From Desulfomicrobium sp. (GTDB taxonomy: Bacteria; Desulfobacterota; Desulfovibrionia; Desulfovibrionales; Desulfomicrobiaceae), in NCBI GenBank assembly GCA_040768745.1, contig JAXGMI010000001.1, positions 416,001 through 480,000 on the forward strand: a DNA stretch of 64,000 nt. Direction: 5' to 3'. The notes beneath the pieces were generated by a model that was not told the origin of the DNA, did not search any database, and saw only the letters and a list, made by a program, of their open reading frames with translations. Positions 59,725 to 64,000 of this stretch are shown in pieces; the first letter of the stretch is position 1; every line of letters begins with the position of its first letter. The position numbers and the translations under genes are program-made.

Positions 59725-60471
59725 ATGACATTTTTTCAGGATATGAAAGTTTCGGAAATTCATTCCTATGATACGCATACCAATAAATGCATTCCTGATC
59801 TTGCCGATGGGGGTGTTCCAGTGCAGTTCAGCCCATGCCCCGCAGCGAATGCACTGACCGAAACGGGAAGCATCCTGAAGCATGGACTGGCGAAAGATTC
59901 CTTTCGGGTCGTCTCCTTTGCGGGACTGCCTGTCCCGAAAACCTTCCTGACTGTCCATCCGCCCCAGGGCGGGGAGCTGACCGTCTGGCAGGACTGCGGA
60001 TACTCCTTCGTGCCCTTTTCAGCGGGCCCGGACAGAAGGGCCCGCGAGTCCATAACCACCTATTACAGCTATGTCATCGAGAACATCCATGGGGACACGG
60101 CCCAGGGAACATTCGCCCTGAACCGCATGGACGCGATCCCGTCCAGGATGCATGATTTCCAGTCCTGGTCCCTTTCAGATCTTCTCGAAATCCTCGGACT
60201 TTCGGACATGAGCGCCGATTCTCCATGGCCGGGACCTAGCCCTGTTCCCTCCCTCAATGCCGAGGGGGCCAACAAGGCGAAATCCATCCTGCAGTGGCTC
60301 GATGACTATGATTACTCCGCATCGAGGCCCAAAAATCAACCCCAAGCCCTTGATCCGGGGTCTTTCCTTTCCTGCGGCAAAGCACCCGGGAGGTGCCAAA
60401 ATAACGACGAAGAGGATGCCTCGGATCGTGTCCCGGGTTGCCACACCCAGGCGCCGGAAGATCAGCTGTGA
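59725..60471 (+). CDS. Hypothetical protein containing one VCBS/Ig-like module
   Basis: GGELTVWQDCGYSFVP...YSYVIEN..GDTAQGTFAL resembles the adhesin Ig-like repeat; lies between the adhesin and TolC genes. Confidence 0.5.
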   Translation: MTFFQDMKVSEIHSYDTHTNKCIPDLADGGVPVQFSPCPAANALTETGSILKHGLAKDSFRVVSFAGLPVPKTFLTVHPPQGGELTVWQDCGYSFVPFSAGPDRRARESITTYYSYVIENIHGDTAQGTFALNRMDAIPSRMHDFQSWSLSDLLEILGLSDMSADSPWPGPSPVPSLNAEGANKAKSILQWLDDYDYSASRPKNQPQALDPGSFLSCGKAPGRCQNNDEEDASDRVPGCHTQAPEDQL

Positions 60472-60643
60472 AAATGGAAGGCAGGTTGATCAACGCAGAC
60501 GCATGGCGGGCACACGCATGACAGGCGGCCACGGCACCCATGGAAGACAAGCCCATGAATTTCGGTACAAAAAATGCTAAGTTAACCCTGAGCGCGTAGA
60601 TTTATTGCGAACAACCCCTCTCATCATCAGCACGAGGAACGGC

Positions 60644-61963
60644 ATGCGATTCAAAACATTCAGCTTTGCCTTGGCATTGACCTTCATGTCCTTCAGTGGC
60701 GCCGTCCTGGCCGAAGAACTGACCGTGATCCAGAAGACTGTCATTGACACCCTGCGGTACGCTCCACGTCTGGAAATGATCAAAAGTAACCGGGAAGCCG
60801 TAGGACATGACCTGGAAAAGTCCAGGGGCCGCTGGTATCCGAAACTGGATGCCCGCGGAGGCACGGGAGCGGATGCCTTCAGCAGCGATGTGACCCGCGA
60901 TTCGGGCAGGGACGACCATTGGAAAAGTCGCTCCGAGCTGGGGGCCTATTTGACCCAGCGTCTCTACGATGGCGGCGAGGCTTCCAGCCAGATCCGCCTG
61001 GACGAACGACGTCTTGCCTCTCTGAACCATCGCGTTTTTGACAACGCCGAGTCCCTGGCCTTGGACGCCGTCATCGCCGCCCTGGAGGTATACCGGCAAC
61101 GGGAGCTGTTGTCCCTGGCTGAAGAGAACGCCAGGGCGCACCGGGAAATCCTCGCCTCCCTGGAAGAGCGTGAAAAGGCTGGGGCCGGAACCGTGGCCGA
61201 TGTCACCCAGACCCAAGCGCGGTTGTTCATGGCCCAGGCATCCCTCCAAAAAACACATGCGGCCTTGCAGGCAGCCCTTTCCAATTACCAGCGCCTGACC
61301 GGCTATCTGCCGGGCAAGTTGGCCATGACCCCGTATCCTGCGCAGAGCATCCCCGGAACCCTGGAGGAGATGACTGCCGTGGCCAAGAGCGGCAACCCGA
61401 AAATCAATGCCGCAGGGGAGGATGTCAATGCAGAGTCGGAACGGGTGAACATAACGAAGGCCAACTACCACCCTTATGTCTATGCAGAGCTGTCCTCTGC
61501 GTACACCGATGGCGTGGAAGACCAGGAGGAATGGGAGCACGGCAATGCCGCCATGATCCGCTTCACCTGGAATTTGTTCAACGGAGGCTCGGACACAGCC
61601 GCGCAGAAAGCGGCCAAGGCTCGTCTCCGGCAGGGCGAAGCCGATCGCGAGGATCTGATCCTGGCGGTGGAGGATGAAACCAAGGCCACATGGGCGCAGT
61701 ACAAATCTGCCATCAGCGAAGTCAAAGAATACAAACAGGCAGTAGAATTCAACCGGACCACCAAGGACGTCTATCTGGAGCAGTTCAACGTGGCCCAGCG
61801 GAGTCTTCTGGACGTGCTCGACTCAGAAAACGAAGTTTTTCAATCGTCCAATCAGTTGGTAACGTCCTCAGTCAATGAACAGATCGCCGGGTACAAGCTT
61901 CTGGCCTTGTCCGGCAGCCTGATCAAAAGCCTGGGCGTGGATCCTGCGCTGTACAAGGAGTGA
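60644..61963 (+). CDS. TolC family outer-membrane protein (LapE-like)
   Basis: Signal peptide, YPKLD, LTQRLYDG, WNLFNGG, QFNVAQRSLLDVLDSENE. Confidence 0.92.
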   Translation: MRFKTFSFALALTFMSFSGAVLAEELTVIQKTVIDTLRYAPRLEMIKSNREAVGHDLEKSRGRWYPKLDARGGTGADAFSSDVTRDSGRDDHWKSRSELGAYLTQRLYDGGEASSQIRLDERRLASLNHRVFDNAESLALDAVIAALEVYRQRELLSLAEENARAHREILASLEEREKAGAGTVADVTQTQARLFMAQASLQKTHAALQAALSNYQRLTGYLPGKLAMTPYPAQSIPGTLEEMTAVAKSGNPKINAAGEDVNAESERVNITKANYHPYVYAELSSAYTDGVEDQEEWEHGNAAMIRFTWNLFNGGSDTAAQKAAKARLRQGEADREDLILAVEDETKATWAQYKSAISEVKEYKQAVEFNRTTKDVYLEQFNVAQRSLLDVLDSENEVFQSSNQLVTSSVNEQIAGYKLLALSGSLIKSLGVDPALYKE

Positions 61964-62011
61964 TGCCCCTCCTCCACCTGAGTACCGAAGGCCTCCTCGC
62001 TCTCGCCAGCC

Positions 62012-62036
62012 AACCCCTGCCCTGCAGGGGTTTTTC
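62012..62036 (+). terminator. Intrinsic terminator after TolC
   Basis: AACCCCTGC-CCT-GCAGGGGTT followed by TTT. Confidence 0.65.
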
Positions 62037-62071
62037 GTTGCCCGCGGCCACACTGTCCTGAAATCCGGGAC

Positions 62072-62093
62072 AAAAAAAGCCCCTCCCGGGGCG
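62072..62093 (-). terminator. Intrinsic terminator after the PilZ gene
   Basis: Minus strand GCCCC-GGGA-GGGGC followed by T7. Confidence 0.55.
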
Positions 62094-62129
62094 TGTCAAG
62101 GTCGCCTTTCTGCGTCCTGCGGCTCATGT

Positions 62130-62465
62130 TCAATGTGACGGAACCGGCTGTTTCCCCTGCTTCCCCTTGGGCGCAATCTCCAATCCAGCCGCATACATGC
62201 CTGAAAAACGGCCGTCCTGCTGTGCGCTCCAGCGGACCATGGCCATGCAGGACGTTTCGCCGGCAGGTTGGACATTCTCCGACTCGGGCCGGAAGCGTAT
62301 CCTGACAGGTTCGCCTTTGACCAAGGGCTGATCAAGTTCCACCAGCAACCCCCTTTCACTGGCATTGAGCACACGCGAAGGGATCGGCGTTCCCTCCAAA
62401 GAGTAACGCTCAAGGCTGCAGGCCGACAAACTCGCCCTTCTGGAGAACTGCCTCCGTTCGATCAT
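62130..62465 (-). CDS. Single-domain PilZ protein (c-di-GMP effector)
   Basis: ERRQFSR (RxxxR) and NASERG (D/NxSxxG) motifs, VRWS, AGLE. Confidence 0.8.
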   Translation of the reverse strand: MIERRQFSRRASLSACSLERYSLEGTPIPSRVLNASERGLLVELDQPLVKGEPVRIRFRPESENVQPAGETSCMAMVRWSAQQDGRFSGMYAAGLEIAPKGKQGKQPVPSH

Positions 62466-62643
62466 TTTTCTTGGCCCTGAGAGGACAGGATATGCAAAAA
62501 ATATTGCTGTCCCACAATTACGTCAGACAAAAAACATTGTCCAGCATCATGACGGAAGATTGAGGCATGGCCGAGACATCCTTACTCCGAGAACAATTGC
62601 CTCCCTCTTCCGATCATCCCCTCTGGCTGCACAGCATAGGGCT

Positions 62644-62913
62644 TCAGTAGCGGCCATTTTTGACTGTGACCACAAAGAGTTCCAACTGTGGATCGTTTTC
62701 CGCGCTCACCCCGGGCTGATTCGGTTCGCACCACTCGAATCGGGACTCCCGCCAGACCACGGTGGTTCGCCAGGCCTTGAAGGCCGCGTCGACATAGACA
62801 ACGTCCACCTTGCCGGACGCATCATAGCCGGAATCATCGCAGACAATGCCGACCTTGGTGAATGCATGACCGTGTATGGTCACCGGGTAGCCCGGCTTGA
62901 TCCTGGGGCGCAT
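62644..62913 (-). CDS. Small hypothetical protein
   Basis: GGAG RBS; 89-aa ORF with a plausible SH3-like beta composition. Confidence 0.5.
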   Translation of the reverse strand: MRPRIKPGYPVTIHGHAFTKVGIVCDDSGYDASGKVDVVYVDAAFKAWRTTVVWRESRFEWCEPNQPGVSAENDPQLELFVVTVKNGRY

Positions 62914-63029
62914 GGGAAACTTCCTCCGTCAAGTTCGCAATAGTGGCAGTTCGTACTTGATAACGACCTTTTGGCCGCATGCAAAGAAAAATACGTTCCG
63001 CCTCCCAATGGCCGCCTTTTCACGGAAAG

Positions 63030-63058
63030 AAAAGCCCGCCTCCCTGGGGAAGCGGGCT
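63030..63058 (-). terminator. Terminator-like hairpin downstream of pal
   Basis: AGCCCGC...GCGGGCT stem with an A-tract on + (T-tract on -). Confidence 0.5.
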
Positions 63059-63199
63059 GGGTCCGTCCTGAACGCATTGTCTGCCTCTGCCGGTCAAGCA
63101 CTGTCGCCTTTTTGGTCAGGGAGAACTCCCTGACATGGCGCCACTCTGCTGACCTCCGTAGAACAATGCTTCATCTCATGAAAACTTCAATCTGCAGAG

Positions 63200-63733
63200 C
63201 TATTTGGCGCTGGCCTTGAACTCATCGCGTCTGTTCTTGGCCCAGGCAGCTTCGTTGGATTCCGCAACTGCCGGATATTCTTCACCATAGCTGATGATGG
63301 ACAACTTGGAAGAGTCAATGCCCATCAGGACCAGGAATTCATAGGCCGCACGGGCGCGACGCTCTCCGAGAGCCATGTTGTACTCGTTGGTGCCGCGTTC
63401 GTCACAGTGGCCTTCAATCAACAGGGCCAAACCAGGGTTGGCCTTCATCAGGTCCGACTTTTCGGTCAGGATCCGACGGGACTCTTCGGTCAGATCGCTC
63501 TTGTCGAAGGCGAAATAAATCCTGTCCGCGCCGATCTTGTCGATGGCCTGGCGCTGCATCTCCGCGAGACGCTGGGCCTCCAGTTCGGCCGCTGTCAGAC
63601 CAGTCGCCTTGGGTCCGGCCGCACCTGCCGCGGACGTCCCCGCAGGAGTGGAGCTCACTTTTTTGGAGCAGCCGCCGGCCATGCCGAGAAAAAAGACCAA
63701 CAGGGCCAATCCCAACAAACCAAACTTTCTCAT
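63200..63733 (-). CDS. pal: Peptidoglycan-associated lipoprotein Pal (OmpA family)
   Basis: Lipobox AGGC, IYFAFDKS, IEGHCDERGTNEYNMALGERRA, SYGEE.P, KNRR. Confidence 0.93.
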   Translation of the reverse strand: MRKFGLLGLALLVFFLGMAGGCSKKVSSTPAGTSAAGAAGPKATGLTAAELEAQRLAEMQRQAIDKIGADRIYFAFDKSDLTEESRRILTEKSDLMKANPGLALLIEGHCDERGTNEYNMALGERRARAAYEFLVLMGIDSSKLSIISYGEEYPAVAESNEAAWAKNRRDEFKASAK

Positions 63734-64000
63734 AACTTCCCCCTCTTGTGATACGGTTAAAAAACAGCCCCAAACGCAACAGAAATTTGCTGTGCAAATT
63801 CCTAACACACCTCGCGGACAAAGGGTAGAATAATTTTTCTTCTGCGCCTTGGGAACTTCTGCGTCAGACCAGCGTGGCCGCTGTGCCGTCGTGTTCCATG
63901 ACCTGCAGGGATTCCGCGAAACGGGCGTGCAGATCGTCAAAGAGAAGGGGAATGCGGGCCCGGAAGGCGGCCATAAGGGGAAGCATGATCTGCCGCATCT

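Overview
A GC-rich bacterial chromosomal window. Gene content and style suggest a sulfate-reducing Desulfovibrionales organism, possibly Desulfomicrobium-like; this is inference. The housekeeping backbone comprises an Mla/MCE ABC operon, LOG protein, YchJ, Isf-type flavoprotein, nitroreductase, aminotransferase plus ferredoxin, ychF, trmJ, a MocR regulator with a DMT exporter, prfC, an FKBP PPIase, relA/spoT, a SNF2 helicase, a stand-alone dnaA paralog and pal. Three regions stand out. (1) At ~10.6-16.0 kb is a mosaic island organised around an HUH/Y1 (RAYT-like) transposase with a C-terminal HTH. The gene is bracketed by perfect 25-bp inverted repeats, and a second pair of the same repeats encloses a short non-coding core. 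The island also carries lipoprotein cargo, a remnant of a second transposase, an attC-like site, and truncated or re-terminated genes at several junctions. (2) At 16.0-20.6 kb is a 1007-aa fusion of radical SAM, a cysteine-less SPASM-like region, an ArsM-like methyltransferase with all three catalytic Cys motifs, and a Cys-rich DUF5714-like domain. It lies next to a SlyD-like/methyltransferase fusion and is a candidate organo-metalloid (arsenic) pathway. (3) At 41.9-62.5 kb is a complete Lap-like biofilm adhesin system: T1SS, LapG protease, and a 3699-aa RTX adhesin with 23 apparently identical 363-bp Calx-beta-like repeats. A catalytically degenerate HD-GYP protein occupies the LapD position, and a PilZ protein lies at the far end. 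No rRNA, tRNA or CRISPR array was seen.
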